From positions 1-54,857 of IMG/VR virus record IMGVR_UViG_3300037635_001739: a stretch of DNA of 54,857 nucleotides; one strand, written 5' to 3'. The notes under the pieces were generated by a model, which searched no databases, had not been told where the DNA came from, and saw only the letters and a program-made list of their open reading frames with translations. This document shows, one piece after another, positions 1 through 9,858 of the stretch. A program made the position numbers and the translations under genes. The stretch's first letter is position 1, and each line of letters opens with the position of its first letter. The stretch comes from a virus. Lineage: Duplodnaviria > Caudoviricetes.

Positions 1-1
1 T

Positions 2-58
2 ATGGAAGAAGGAGCTCATAACTTACCTTGGGAAGCCGAGGCATATAAAAAACAATAA
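2..58 (+). CDS. 3' end of a truncated gene, possibly a zincin-like metallopeptidase
   Basis: Reads MEEGAHNLPWEAEAYKKQ*. The PWExEAY ending resembles the third-ligand region of small phage zincins. The 5' part lies outside the window. Confidence 0.4.
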   Translation: MEEGAHNLPWEAEAYKKQ

Positions 59-59
59 G

Positions 60-872
60 ATGTATAAATCCACACCAATAACAAAAAAAGCTAAAACTGC
101 TGGAGAGTATAACTCTGCGTTAAAGCAGGCTGATTTAGTAAAAGGAGCAGGCGACGCTTACCGTACGACTTACAAAGAGGAAGGAAGCCCCGGCGAAACC
201 ATTACCGGTAGGAGAGAAAAAACTAAAACAGTAAACACTGACGATTATGATGGATCCGGAGGGTATATGGATAATGACAAATGGGAAGCATGGCTAAAAA
301 CTGAGGCCGGAAAAGCGTACACCGCTAAGAACACTAAAGAAGTGGGTACTGGGGAATTTGAGACATTCACTGAACAAAAACCTGGTACTGATGATTTTAT
401 AGGGGATATACAGGAATATAAAAAACAAAAGCGTAGAGTTCTTGGAGATCTTGAAACTAGAGAATTGAATCGTACTACCAAGAAAACAGAAAAAGATCTT
501 AGAAGAGTTAAAATAAAAGAAGCTAGAGAAGCTAGAAAACAAGCTAAAGCTGACGGTACATCAAGAAAAGAAAGAAGAAAAGCTTTTAATCAGTCTAAGC
601 GCACAGCTAAGCAAGAAGAAATAGCAAATGAAAGAGCGGCTTTTGAAACAAGATCAAAACTAAATCGAGAAGCTCAAGCGTTCGGAAGGAAAGCAGGAGA
701 AGCTTATGAGGTTGATGTTTTGAAAACGCAAGGTGATTACACTAAAAAAGAATTGATAGATGACGCAAAAAATAAAAGGAATAAAAACAGATTAGCTGCG
801 CAGAGTATAGGCCAAATACTTACTGGCTTTCCTATGCGAGCTCCTATGAAGAAAAACTATTTTAAAAAGTAA
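60..872 (+). CDS. Lys/Arg-rich hypothetical protein, possibly virion-associated
   Basis: 270-aa ORF with N-terminal TPITKK and C-terminal PMKKNYFKK, motifs echoed in neighbouring ORFs. Confidence 0.7.
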   Translation: MYKSTPITKKAKTAGEYNSALKQADLVKGAGDAYRTTYKEEGSPGETITGRREKTKTVNTDDYDGSGGYMDNDKWEAWLKTEAGKAYTAKNTKEVGTGEFETFTEQKPGTDDFIGDIQEYKKQKRRVLGDLETRELNRTTKKTEKDLRRVKIKEAREARKQAKADGTSRKERRKAFNQSKRTAKQEEIANERAAFETRSKLNREAQAFGRKAGEAYEVDVLKTQGDYTKKELIDDAKNKRNKNRLAAQSIGQILTGFPMRAPMKKNYFKK

Positions 873-877
873 TAATT

Positions 878-1276
878 ATGGCATACTCACAATCACCAAA
901 ATCACCATTGGCAAAAGCTTTAAAAGGCAAGCAACATAATTTGCCAGAGCATTTAAAAGCTAAAATAGAAGCAGCTCCCGAATCCCCAGTTAAAAAAAAA
1001 GGGGATGCTCCATCTCGTAAAAAATCTTTAGGGTATTATAATAAAGCTAACAAAACAGGAACTGGGGCAGCAGCAGGGGGAGGTATGACTGCTAAAGGAA
1101 CTGCCGAGTATAGACGAAAGAATCCGGGTAGTAAATTAAAAACAGCTGTTACTAAAGATCCTTCTAAATTAAAAAAAGGGGGTAAAGCTGCAAAACGTAG
1201 AAAAGCATTTTGTGCTAGATCTAAAAGTTGGACTTCAGAAAGAGGTAGAGCGGCTAGACGTAGATGGAATTGTTAA
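878..1276 (+). CDS. Basic protein with DUF6321-like C-terminal domain
   Basis: RRKAFCARS...AARRRWNC motif typical of a widespread marine-phage family; SPxK motifs. Confidence 0.65.
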   Translation: MAYSQSPKSPLAKALKGKQHNLPEHLKAKIEAAPESPVKKKGDAPSRKKSLGYYNKANKTGTGAAAGGGMTAKGTAEYRRKNPGSKLKTAVTKDPSKLKKGGKAAKRRKAFCARSKSWTSERGRAARRRWNC

Positions 1277-1280
1277 TATT

Positions 1281-1427
1281 ATGAAATCAAAAGGCTTAGG
1301 AGATTCAATAGAAAAATTTACAAAAGCAACTGGCATAAAAAGATTAGCTGATAAAATACCAGGTGGCTGCGGCTGTAACAGAAGAAAAGAAACATTAAAC
1401 AAATTATTACCATATAAAAACAAATAA
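1281..1427 (+). CDS. Small conserved phage protein (KGLGD...CGC motif)
   Basis: MKSKGLGDSIEKFTKATGIK...GCGCNRRKETLN. ATG 1281 follows the previous stop and is preferred over 1212. Confidence 0.7.
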   Translation: MKSKGLGDSIEKFTKATGIKRLADKIPGGCGCNRRKETLNKLLPYKNK

Positions 1428-1428
1428 G

Positions 1429-2238
1429 ATGGCATACAAACAAAAAGGCTGTACTCCGATTACAGCAAAGATTCAAAAGACTACCAAAGGCGGAGTTACA
1501 AACCCTCTGTTGAAATCGATGGGTGTGCCCATGAAGAAAAATCCTTCAATGGCAAAGCAAACAGAACCTGGCCCAAGAAAGCGTAAGGAAGGCGATGGGA
1601 TTATAGCGAATTTTCTAAAAGACGCAGTGTATAACTCTACGAGCGAGGGTAAAGCTTATAACAAAAATAAGCGCGAAAGCAGAAAAGCAAAAAATAAAAA
1701 AGAGTTATTAGAGGCAAGGGCTAAAGTGCCTAACAAAAGTAGAAATGCGGAAGTACCTAATAAAAATAAAAGCACCAAATCTGACTCAAAGCCAAAAGCA
1801 AATGATTTAAGCAAAATGAAGCAGGGATCTAAAGAAAGATACGATGAGTATACCAGACGAGGCTGGGCTCAAGATGCTACTACTAAAGGCTATGTTGCTA
1901 GCAAAAAACCGGTAAGTAAGGTTAAGACACAAACAATCAAAAAAGCCAAAGTAGAAAAAACTCCAGAAATAAAAATATCTGCCAAGGCAACCGCTAAACC
2001 AACTCCTAAGACTAAAAAAGATATTAGAGTTGAAAACAGAACTAACAAAAAGTCTGCTAGAGAAGAAAACAGAGCTAACAGAAAAGCAACGAGAGAAGAA
2101 AACAAAGCCAACAGAAAAGCTGCTAGAAATGCTTCACCGGCTAAGCAAACAATGCAACAGCAAACCAGAAAAAAAAGAAGAGAAGATAATAAAAAAAGTC
2201 CTGTAAAAAATTATAAGAAAGGTTATTACGGAAAATAA
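1429..2238 (+). CDS. Lys-rich hypothetical protein
   Basis: 269 aa; TPITAK, SPAK and SPVK motifs; short REEN(R/K)ANRKA repeat. Confidence 0.7.
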   Translation: MAYKQKGCTPITAKIQKTTKGGVTNPLLKSMGVPMKKNPSMAKQTEPGPRKRKEGDGIIANFLKDAVYNSTSEGKAYNKNKRESRKAKNKKELLEARAKVPNKSRNAEVPNKNKSTKSDSKPKANDLSKMKQGSKERYDEYTRRGWAQDATTKGYVASKKPVSKVKTQTIKKAKVEKTPEIKISAKATAKPTPKTKKDIRVENRTNKKSAREENRANRKATREENKANRKAARNASPAKQTMQQQTRKKRREDNKKSPVKNYKKGYYGK

Positions 2239-2639
2239 TGGATAAAATATGGTCATGGCTTACCGGGAACGTTATCAAAGAAGTTGGAGGCGTTCTCGAT
2301 AACCTTATAACAAGTAAGGAAGAAAAGCTAGAAGCTAAAAAAGCAATAGAGGTTATATTGCAACAAGCGGAGGCAGATGCGCAAAAGCAAGTAACTAGAA
2401 GATGGGAGTCAGATATGAAGTCTGATTCTTTTTTATCAAAGAATATAAGACCTATGGTGCTTATATATTTAACAGTTATATTTACAGCTTGTGCATTTTT
2501 TGATGGTAATATAGGTGAGTTTAAAGTAGCTGAAGAGTATATACCTATATTTCAAACTTTACTAGTTACTGTCTATGGCGCTTATTTTGTTGGGCGTTCG
2601 TATGAAAAAGCAAAATCAATAAGTAACAAAAACGCGTAA
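2238..2639 (+). CDS. Holin, 3TM/GTA-holin-like
   Basis: RWESDM-x4-LSKNIRP followed by hydrophobic helices and YFVGRSYEK, characteristic of the GTA_holin_3TM family. Confidence 0.75.
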   Translation: MDKIWSWLTGNVIKEVGGVLDNLITSKEEKLEAKKAIEVILQQAEADAQKQVTRRWESDMKSDSFLSKNIRPMVLIYLTVIFTACAFFDGNIGEFKVAEEYIPIFQTLLVTVYGAYFVGRSYEKAKSISNKNA

Positions 2640-2678
2640 TAAATAAAATAACGGAATATTAATTTTAAATTTAATCAA

Positions 2679-2954
2679 ATGGCAAAAAAGAAAACAAAAA
2701 AAGAAGTACCTGTAATAGGTAAAAGATTCATTACAAGCGATGAATTAACTGGGGTTAAATCCGCAGTTGAAGCTGTTAACCGATTGCAAATGCAAGTTGG
2801 AGGTATTGAGCTACAAAAGCATGACTTAATGCACACCATGAAAATGAAAACAGATGTGCTAGAGTCAGTGCAAAAAGCACTAGAAGAAAAATACGGAGAT
2901 GTATCTATAGATATAGTTACCGGAGAAATGAAAGATAATGCACCTAGTACGTAA
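2679..2954 (+). CDS. Hypothetical coiled-coil protein
   Basis: 91-aa ORF in operon; ends LEEKYGDVSIDIVTGE. Confidence 0.65.
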   Translation: MAKKKTKKEVPVIGKRFITSDELTGVKSAVEAVNRLQMQVGGIELQKHDLMHTMKMKTDVLESVQKALEEKYGDVSIDIVTGEMKDNAPST

Positions 2955-3156
2955 GATAAGTATAGGTAGAGACTATAAAAATGACGCCATGCACTATTCT
3001 GTAGGTCAGGAAGTGTATGGTGGTCATATTATAGATAGTATAATTGAAGAAGAAGATAAGTATTCAATATATATAACTAAAAATAATGAAGTATTGCCTT
3101 GGAAAGATTTTAATAAAAATATGGCAATAGCAATAGAATATAATTTAGAGTATTAA
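2938..3156 (+). CDS. Conserved hypothetical protein
   Basis: 72-aa ORF overlapping both neighbours (RKISIGRDYKNDAMHYSVGQ). Confidence 0.7.
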   Translation: MHLVRKISIGRDYKNDAMHYSVGQEVYGGHIIDSIIEEEDKYSIYITKNNEVLPWKDFNKNMAIAIEYNLEY

Positions 3157-3755
3157 TGAAAGGATATACCGATTTTGTGGTAAGGCCATTGGAGGGTCGT
3201 TATCAAAACAAATTAAATATAGACGGTACAGAATTTATATTAAACACAGAATTACAGAATCATTCTTATGTGTCAAGAATAGGGCTAGTTATTTCAGAGC
3301 CCTATTTCAACGACACTAAAATACGTAAAGACGACATAATAATAATACATCACAATGTATTCAGAAGGTTTAGAGACATACGTGGTAAAGAAAAAAATTC
3401 AAGAAGTTTTTACGAAGAAGATAAATATTTTGTGCAACCTAATCAAATATTTGCTTACAAGCGAGATAACAAATGGCTGGCTTGCGAAGGATTTAATTTC
3501 GTGCAACCTATTAAAGAAACAAAAATGTTTTCTAGTTCTTTTGAAAAAGAAGGAATAGGCATAATAAAGTATAAAGATCCTGCGCTTAAATCTATAAAAG
3601 CGAATGACCTTATAGGGTTTAGACCCGGAGCTGAATACGAATTTATTGTGGAAGGCAAAAAAATGTATCGAGTTCCTACCAATCAAATCACAATTAAATA
3701 TGAATATAAAGGAAACGAAGAAGAATATAATCCAGGCTGGGCACAAAGCAGTTGA
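3156..3755 (+). CDS. GroES-like co-chaperonin-fold protein
   Basis: FVVRP...GLVISEP...IRKDDIIIIHHNVF pattern with a second similar unit; position upstream of terminase. Confidence 0.5.
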   Translation: MKGYTDFVVRPLEGRYQNKLNIDGTEFILNTELQNHSYVSRIGLVISEPYFNDTKIRKDDIIIIHHNVFRRFRDIRGKEKNSRSFYEEDKYFVQPNQIFAYKRDNKWLACEGFNFVQPIKETKMFSSSFEKEGIGIIKYKDPALKSIKANDLIGFRPGAEYEFIVEGKKMYRVPTNQITIKYEYKGNEEEYNPGWAQSS

Positions 3756-3975
3756 AGAATTAATTAAAGTAGCAAAAGAAGCTATTGTAGATTCAGACGA
3801 TGACATTTCTGCTGATAGACTTAAAAACGCAGCAGCTACAAAAAAGCTAGCTATATTTGACGCGTTTGAAATACTAAATAGAATACAAGCGGAAGAGGAT
3901 ATACTAAATGAAAAGCCTAAAGAAGAGTCTAAGGAAAAAACTTACAAAGGCTTTGCAGAAAGAAGAGCTAAGTAA
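3700..3975 (+). CDS. Putative terminase small subunit
   Basis: Small helical protein immediately upstream of and coupled to terL. Assignment is positional; likely start ATG 3700. Confidence 0.45.
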   Translation: MNIKETKKNIIQAGHKAVEELIKVAKEAIVDSDDDISADRLKNAAATKKLAIFDAFEILNRIQAEEDILNEKPKEESKEKTYKGFAERRAK

Positions 3976-6191
3976 TGTACAAGCAAGATCTATACTCAGT
4001 TATAACTCCTGTAAAAGGCAATGTGCTATCTAAGCGCAACAGCTTAAAAAACTGGAAATACGGATACGATAAAGATAACGACATAATTGTTATTAGTAAT
4101 ACCGGACAAATAGGGGAAATATATAATATACAAGGTTTAAAAATAGCTTTACCTAAGACGCCCAAAAAACTAACTAAAGGTAATAATTTATGGAAACCTG
4201 AAGAATACCCTAAAGAACTTAAAAGAATACAAAGCATATTTGAGTGGAAAGACTATCCGGATAGCTTTAAAGAAAAATGGGAACCCTATATAGATGAGCA
4301 ATTTGAAAGAAGAGAAAATGGTTACTGGTTTCTTAACAACAATATACCTACTTATATTACTGGTACTCACTACATGTATTTGCAGTGGTCAAAAATCGAT
4401 GTGGGGTTACCCGACTTTCGTGAATCAAACAGGTTATTCTATATATTCTGGGAAGCGTGCAAGGCAGACGCACGTTGTTACGGTATTTGTTACCTTAAAA
4501 ACAGACGTTCCGGATTTTCATTCATGGCGTCGGGAGAAACAATTAACCAAGCTACGGTGTCGAGTGATTCCAGATTTGGTATACTATCGAAATCGGGTGC
4601 TGATGCGAAGAAGATGTTCACGGATAAAGTCGTACCCATATCTATCAACTATCCGTTTTTCTTTAAACCGATCCAGGACGGTATGGATCGACCAAAGCAA
4701 GAATTAGCTTATAGGGTCCCGGCTTCTAGATTAACAAAAAGATCTATACAAAACACTGATTCGGATCAGATAATATTAGAGGGACTAGACACTACTATAG
4801 ATTACAAAAACACAGGGGACAATAGTTATGACGGTGAAAAGTTAAAACTTTTAGTTCACGATGAATCGGGTAAGTGGGAAAGACCTAACAATATATTAAA
4901 CAACTGGGGGGTTACCAAAACATGTTTACGTTTAGGTAGTAGAATTATCGGTAAGTGTATGATGGGGTCTACCTCGAACGCATTAGACAAAGGGGGTAGC
5001 AATTTTAAAAAATTATATCAAGCATCGAATATAGCTAAAAGAAATAAGAATGGACAAACCAAATCTGGACTATATAGTCTGTTCATTCCTATGGAATGGA
5101 ATTATGAAGGATTCATTGACAAATACGGAATGCCCGTATTCGATACTCCTGAAAAACCTTTAGAAGATCCATACGGCGACCCTATCGAGCTCGGAGTCAT
5201 TGAGCATTGGAATAATGAGGCAGATGGATTAAAAGGCGACCAGGACGGCTTAAATGAGCATTACAGGCAGTTTCCGCGTACAACAGAACATGCTTTCAGG
5301 GACGAGACTCAAAACAGCTTGTATAATTTAGTAAAGATATACGAGCAAATAGATTACAACGAAGACTTAAAACATTCAGGAGTATTAACGCGTGGAAGTT
5401 TTAGTTGGGAAAACGGAATAAAAGACACTAAAGTTAAATTTACACCTAATCCACAAGGAAGATTTAATATTTCTTGGGTGCCAAGTTTAAATTTACAAAA
5501 CAAGCAATATGTTAAGAATGGCTTTAAGTCGCCAGGCAATGATCACATTGGTGCTTTTGGCTGTGATAGTTATGATATTAGTGGTACAACAGATGGTAGA
5601 GGGTCTAAAGGCGCTCTTCATGGACTTACAAAGTTTTCAATGGAAGATGCTCCCCCTAATACCTTTTTTCTTGAATACCTAGCTAGACCTCAAACAGCGG
5701 AAATGTTTTTCGAAGATGTATTGATGGCTTTAGTGTTTTACGGTATGCCTTTGTTATGTGAAAATAACAAGCCTAGACTTTTGTATTATTTAAAAAGAAG
5801 AGGGTATAGAGGTTATTCAATGAATAGGCCGGATAGGCTTTGGAATAAATTATCTAAAACAGAAAAAGAAATTGGAGGAATACCAAACTCTAGTGAAGAT
5901 ATAAAGCAGGCACATGCCGCTGCAATTGAATCTTACATAGATAGATATGTGGGACTAAAAGAAGATGGACAGTATGGAGGAATGTATTTTAATACAACGC
6001 TAAATGATTGGGCTAAGTTCGATATTAATAACAGAACTAAATTTGATGCGGCTATAAGCTCAGGGTTAGCTATAATGGCTGTTAATAGAAATTTATATAG
6101 TCCAGCCGCTGAAAGGCAAAAGCAAAAACTAAATTTAAAAATAAGCAGATACTCCAACACAGGAAGTGTTTCGAAATTAATAGAAAAATAA
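3975..6191 (+). CDS. terL: Terminase large subunit
   Basis: Walker A-like KNRRSGFS, Walker B LLVHDESGKW, coupling motif GSTSN, RNase H-like nuclease FGCDSYD...ENN...FDAAISSG. Confidence 0.9.
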   Translation: MYKQDLYSVITPVKGNVLSKRNSLKNWKYGYDKDNDIIVISNTGQIGEIYNIQGLKIALPKTPKKLTKGNNLWKPEEYPKELKRIQSIFEWKDYPDSFKEKWEPYIDEQFERRENGYWFLNNNIPTYITGTHYMYLQWSKIDVGLPDFRESNRLFYIFWEACKADARCYGICYLKNRRSGFSFMASGETINQATVSSDSRFGILSKSGADAKKMFTDKVVPISINYPFFFKPIQDGMDRPKQELAYRVPASRLTKRSIQNTDSDQIILEGLDTTIDYKNTGDNSYDGEKLKLLVHDESGKWERPNNILNNWGVTKTCLRLGSRIIGKCMMGSTSNALDKGGSNFKKLYQASNIAKRNKNGQTKSGLYSLFIPMEWNYEGFIDKYGMPVFDTPEKPLEDPYGDPIELGVIEHWNNEADGLKGDQDGLNEHYRQFPRTTEHAFRDETQNSLYNLVKIYEQIDYNEDLKHSGVLTRGSFSWENGIKDTKVKFTPNPQGRFNISWVPSLNLQNKQYVKNGFKSPGNDHIGAFGCDSYDISGTTDGRGSKGALHGLTKFSMEDAPPNTFFLEYLARPQTAEMFFEDVLMALVFYGMPLLCENNKPRLLYYLKRRGYRGYSMNRPDRLWNKLSKTEKEIGGIPNSSEDIKQAHAAAIESYIDRYVGLKEDGQYGGMYFNTTLNDWAKFDINNRTKFDAAISSGLAIMAVNRNLYSPAAERQKQKLNLKISRYSNTGSVSKLIEK

Positions 6192-6195
6192 AAAT

Positions 6196-8622
6196 ATGGC
6201 TGAGTCAGTTATAACAAGTTATTTTCCGAGCCAAATAGCTAGCGATTCTGAAAAGATGAGTCTAGACTATGGAACTAGAGTAGGTAGAGCGATAGAGAAC
6301 GAGTGGTTTCGTTCTGATAATGGTATTGGTCGTTTTAAAAGTAATCAAAACACTTTTCATAATTTAAGATTATACGCAAGAGGAGAGCAAGGGGTGCAAA
6401 AGTATAAAGATGAATTATCTATAAATGGGGATTTATCCTATCTTAATTTAGATTGGAAACCTGTACCTATAATACCTAAATTTGTAGACATACTAGTTAA
6501 TGGAATATCAGAGAGAATGTTTGATGTTAAAGCTTATTCTCAAGATCCTTATGGTGTAGACAAAAGAACTAAGTATATGGAATCTATACTTAGAGATATG
6601 CAAACGAAAGAACTAGGCGAATACGTAGAAGCTGAATTTGGTGTTAATTTATTTGAAAATAACCCAGACGATTTACCAAAGAACAAAGAGGAACTTAATT
6701 TGCACATGCAACTGTCTTATAAGCAAGAAGTTGAATTAGCTGAAGAGCAAGCCATAAATACATTGCTTCAGGGCAATAATTACGACCTAATCAAAAAAAG
6801 ATGCACGTACGACCTAGCTACTATAGGAATTGCTGCAGTTAAAAATGGATTTAGTAAATCCGAAGGAGCTACTATCGACTACGTAGATCCCGTTAATTTA
6901 ATATGGTCATACACCGAATCTCCCTATTTTGACGATATATATTATGTAGGAGAAGTTAAAAGTGTTCACATAAATGAATTAAAGAAACAATTTCCGTTTT
7001 TGACTAATGAAGATCTAAAAGAAATATCTAGTCAGTCATATCAAAATAATGGCTTTTACGATAGAACTTTAACTAATTACGACGAAGACGATTCTAATAC
7101 TGTTCAGGTTTTATATTATAACTATAAAACTTATGCTAATGAAGTGTATAAAGTAAAAGAGTCTGCTACAGGCGCTGCAAAATTAATACCGAAAGACGAT
7201 CAGTTTAATCCGCCTGAGGAATTATATGTTGAATATGGTATACAAAAATTGTCTAGATCATTAGAAGTTTTATATGAAGGAGTTAAAATATTAGGAGGTA
7301 AAACATTAAAGTGGGAAATGGCGGCTAATATGATACGTCCAAAAAGTGATTATACTAAAGTAAAAATGAATTATAGTATAGTCGCTCCAAGAATGTATAA
7401 AGGGCGTATAGAAAGTATTGTGTCAAGAATAACGGGGTTTGCTGACATGATTCAGTTAACACATTTGAAGTTACAACAAGTATTATCTAGGATGGTGCCG
7501 GATGGGGTTTATCTCGATGCAGACGGCCTGGCTGAAGTAGATTTGGGTAACGGAACAAACTATAACCCGCAGGAAGCGTTAAATATGTTCTTTCAAACAG
7601 GTTCTGTAATAGGTAGGTCATTTACACAAGAAGGAGATATGAATCCCGGTAAAGTACCTATTCAAGAATTACAATCTGGATCTGGGGGGGCTAAGTTGCA
7701 ATCATTAATTCAAACATATAATTATTATATGCAAATGATTAGAGACGTCACCGGGTTGAATGAAGCGAGAGACGGAAGTACTCCGGATGCTAGAGCTTTA
7801 GTGGGTGTGCAAAAATTAGCAGCTGCAAATTCTAATACGGCTACTAGGCATATATTAGACTCTACTTTGTTTTTAGCTCAAGATCTTTGCGAAAATTTGT
7901 CCTTGAGAATATCAGACATAATAGAATATTCCCCAACCAAAGAAGCATTTATACATAAAATAGGCAATCAAAATGTAGCAGTGTTAGAAGAAATGAGCGA
8001 TTTGTATTTATATGATTTTGGTATATTTATAGAATTACAGCCTGATGAGGAACAGAAAGCTGTATTAGAAAACAATATACAAACAGCATTACAAGCAGGC
8101 TTAATAGATCTTACTGACGCTATAGATATAAGGGAAATAAAAAACATAAACTTAGCTAATCAGCTTTTAAAAATAAGAAGAGTTGAGAAACAAGAAAGAG
8201 ATCAGCAAATGCAACAGCAAAATATTGAGGCGCAGTCTCAAGCTAATGCTCAAGCTCAACAAGTAGCTGCTCAAGCTGAGATTCAAAAGCAGCAAGCGTT
8301 AACTCAGCAAAAAATGGAATTAGCTCAGATGCAGGCTCAAATTGATTCGCAAAAAATGCAAGCTGAAGTTGCTGCTAAAAAAGAATTAATGAGTCTCGAG
8401 TTTCAAATGAACATGCAACTTAAAGGTATGGAGGTGCAAGGCAAAAAATCAGAGCTAACAGAGAGAGAAGACAGAAAAGACGAAAGAACTAAAATACAAG
8501 CAACGCAACAAAGCGAGTTAATAGATCAAAGGAAAAACGATTCAATGCCTAAAAACTTTGAATCATCAGGCAATGATGTACTTAACGGTAATTTCAATTT
8601 AGGATCAGGTGATCCTAGGTAA
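6196..8622 (+). CDS. Portal protein
   Basis: 808 aa directly after terL; PIIPKFVDI motif; Q-rich C-terminal coiled coil typical of podovirus portals. Confidence 0.85.
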   Translation: MAESVITSYFPSQIASDSEKMSLDYGTRVGRAIENEWFRSDNGIGRFKSNQNTFHNLRLYARGEQGVQKYKDELSINGDLSYLNLDWKPVPIIPKFVDILVNGISERMFDVKAYSQDPYGVDKRTKYMESILRDMQTKELGEYVEAEFGVNLFENNPDDLPKNKEELNLHMQLSYKQEVELAEEQAINTLLQGNNYDLIKKRCTYDLATIGIAAVKNGFSKSEGATIDYVDPVNLIWSYTESPYFDDIYYVGEVKSVHINELKKQFPFLTNEDLKEISSQSYQNNGFYDRTLTNYDEDDSNTVQVLYYNYKTYANEVYKVKESATGAAKLIPKDDQFNPPEELYVEYGIQKLSRSLEVLYEGVKILGGKTLKWEMAANMIRPKSDYTKVKMNYSIVAPRMYKGRIESIVSRITGFADMIQLTHLKLQQVLSRMVPDGVYLDADGLAEVDLGNGTNYNPQEALNMFFQTGSVIGRSFTQEGDMNPGKVPIQELQSGSGGAKLQSLIQTYNYYMQMIRDVTGLNEARDGSTPDARALVGVQKLAAANSNTATRHILDSTLFLAQDLCENLSLRISDIIEYSPTKEAFIHKIGNQNVAVLEEMSDLYLYDFGIFIELQPDEEQKAVLENNIQTALQAGLIDLTDAIDIREIKNINLANQLLKIRRVEKQERDQQMQQQNIEAQSQANAQAQQVAAQAEIQKQQALTQQKMELAQMQAQIDSQKMQAEVAAKKELMSLEFQMNMQLKGMEVQGKKSELTEREDRKDERTKIQATQQSELIDQRKNDSMPKNFESSGNDVLNGNFNLGSGDPR

Positions 8623-8654
8623 TAATAATAGTAATAATTATATAATATTTTATC

Positions 8655-9836
8655 ATGGAAGAAGAAGTAAAAACCGAGGTTGAGAAAACTGAAGAAACCC
8701 AACCTCAAGAAGCGTCTCCTATTACACAGGAAGATAGCGGATTAATTAAAGTAGACTTAGGTCAATTAAACAAAGTAGAAGCAAATGCCATTCCAGAGCA
8801 AGAAACAAATGCAAGCGATGTTCCTGTCAGAGAATCCGAAAACACGGAAAGTAGCGAAGAAGTGGTTCCAGAAGTACGGGAGCCCGTTTCAAATGAAGAG
8901 CAACCCGTTTTACAAGAAATAACAAACGAGGAAGTACAAGAAAAAGTAGAGGAAGTAAAAGAACAAGTTGCGGAGGCTATTGAAAATCAGGAGCCTGGAA
9001 TAGACCTACCTGAGAATATTCAAAAAGTCGTAGACTTTATGAATGATACAGGCGGAAGTTTGAAAGACTACGTGAATCTAAACACAGATTATGCGTCTTT
9101 AAACGAAGATCAGTTACTACGAGAGTATTACGAAAACACTAAGCCTCACTTAGATTCTGAAGAAATAGGGTTTGTTATGGAAGACAAATTCAGTTTTGAC
9201 GAAGACATGGACGAGGATAGAGATATACGCAGAAAAAAATTAGCTAGAAAAGAAGAGTTGGCAAAAGCTAAAAATCATCTAGAGAGTTTAAAAGACAAAT
9301 ATTACGAAGAGATAAAAGCTGGGTCTCGGTTAAATCCAGAACAAAAAAAGGCGGTTGAATTTTTCAATCGTTATAACCAAGATAGCGAGAAGTTGACAGA
9401 GGATAGAGAAAAGCAAGTTTCTATATTTAACGAAAAAACTGAAAAAGTATTTTCTAATGAATTCAAAGGTTTTGATTTCGAAGTTGGAGAAAAAAAGTTC
9501 AGGTATAAAGTTAATGATGTAGAGGGAGTTAAATCTAAGCAAGGAGACATTTCAAATTTTGTTAAGAAGTTCTTAAACGATAAAAACGAAATGGCAGATG
9601 CTAAAGGTTATCATAAATCTTTATTCACAGCAATGAACCCTGACGCAATTGCAAATCACTTTTACCAGCAAGGTAAAGCGGACGCAATGAAATCAAGCAT
9701 GGAAAAAGCTAAAAATATTGACATGGATCCGAGAGGGACTCATGAAGATGTTAAGCCACCTAACGGGTGGAAGGTTAGATCCGTACCGGGAAGTAATGAC
9801 TCAACTACTAAGCTTAGAATTAAAAAGAGAAAATAA
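8655..9836 (+). CDS. Putative capsid scaffolding protein
   Basis: Very acidic N-half and helical C-half; lies between portal and major capsid genes. Confidence 0.6.
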   Translation: MEEEVKTEVEKTEETQPQEASPITQEDSGLIKVDLGQLNKVEANAIPEQETNASDVPVRESENTESSEEVVPEVREPVSNEEQPVLQEITNEEVQEKVEEVKEQVAEAIENQEPGIDLPENIQKVVDFMNDTGGSLKDYVNLNTDYASLNEDQLLREYYENTKPHLDSEEIGFVMEDKFSFDEDMDEDRDIRRKKLARKEELAKAKNHLESLKDKYYEEIKAGSRLNPEQKKAVEFFNRYNQDSEKLTEDREKQVSIFNEKTEKVFSNEFKGFDFEVGEKKFRYKVNDVEGVKSKQGDISNFVKKFLNDKNEMADAKGYHKSLFTAMNPDAIANHFYQQGKADAMKSSMEKAKNIDMDPRGTHEDVKPPNGWKVRSVPGSNDSTTKLRIKKRK

Positions 9837-9858
9837 TAATTACTAAACTTTACAAATA

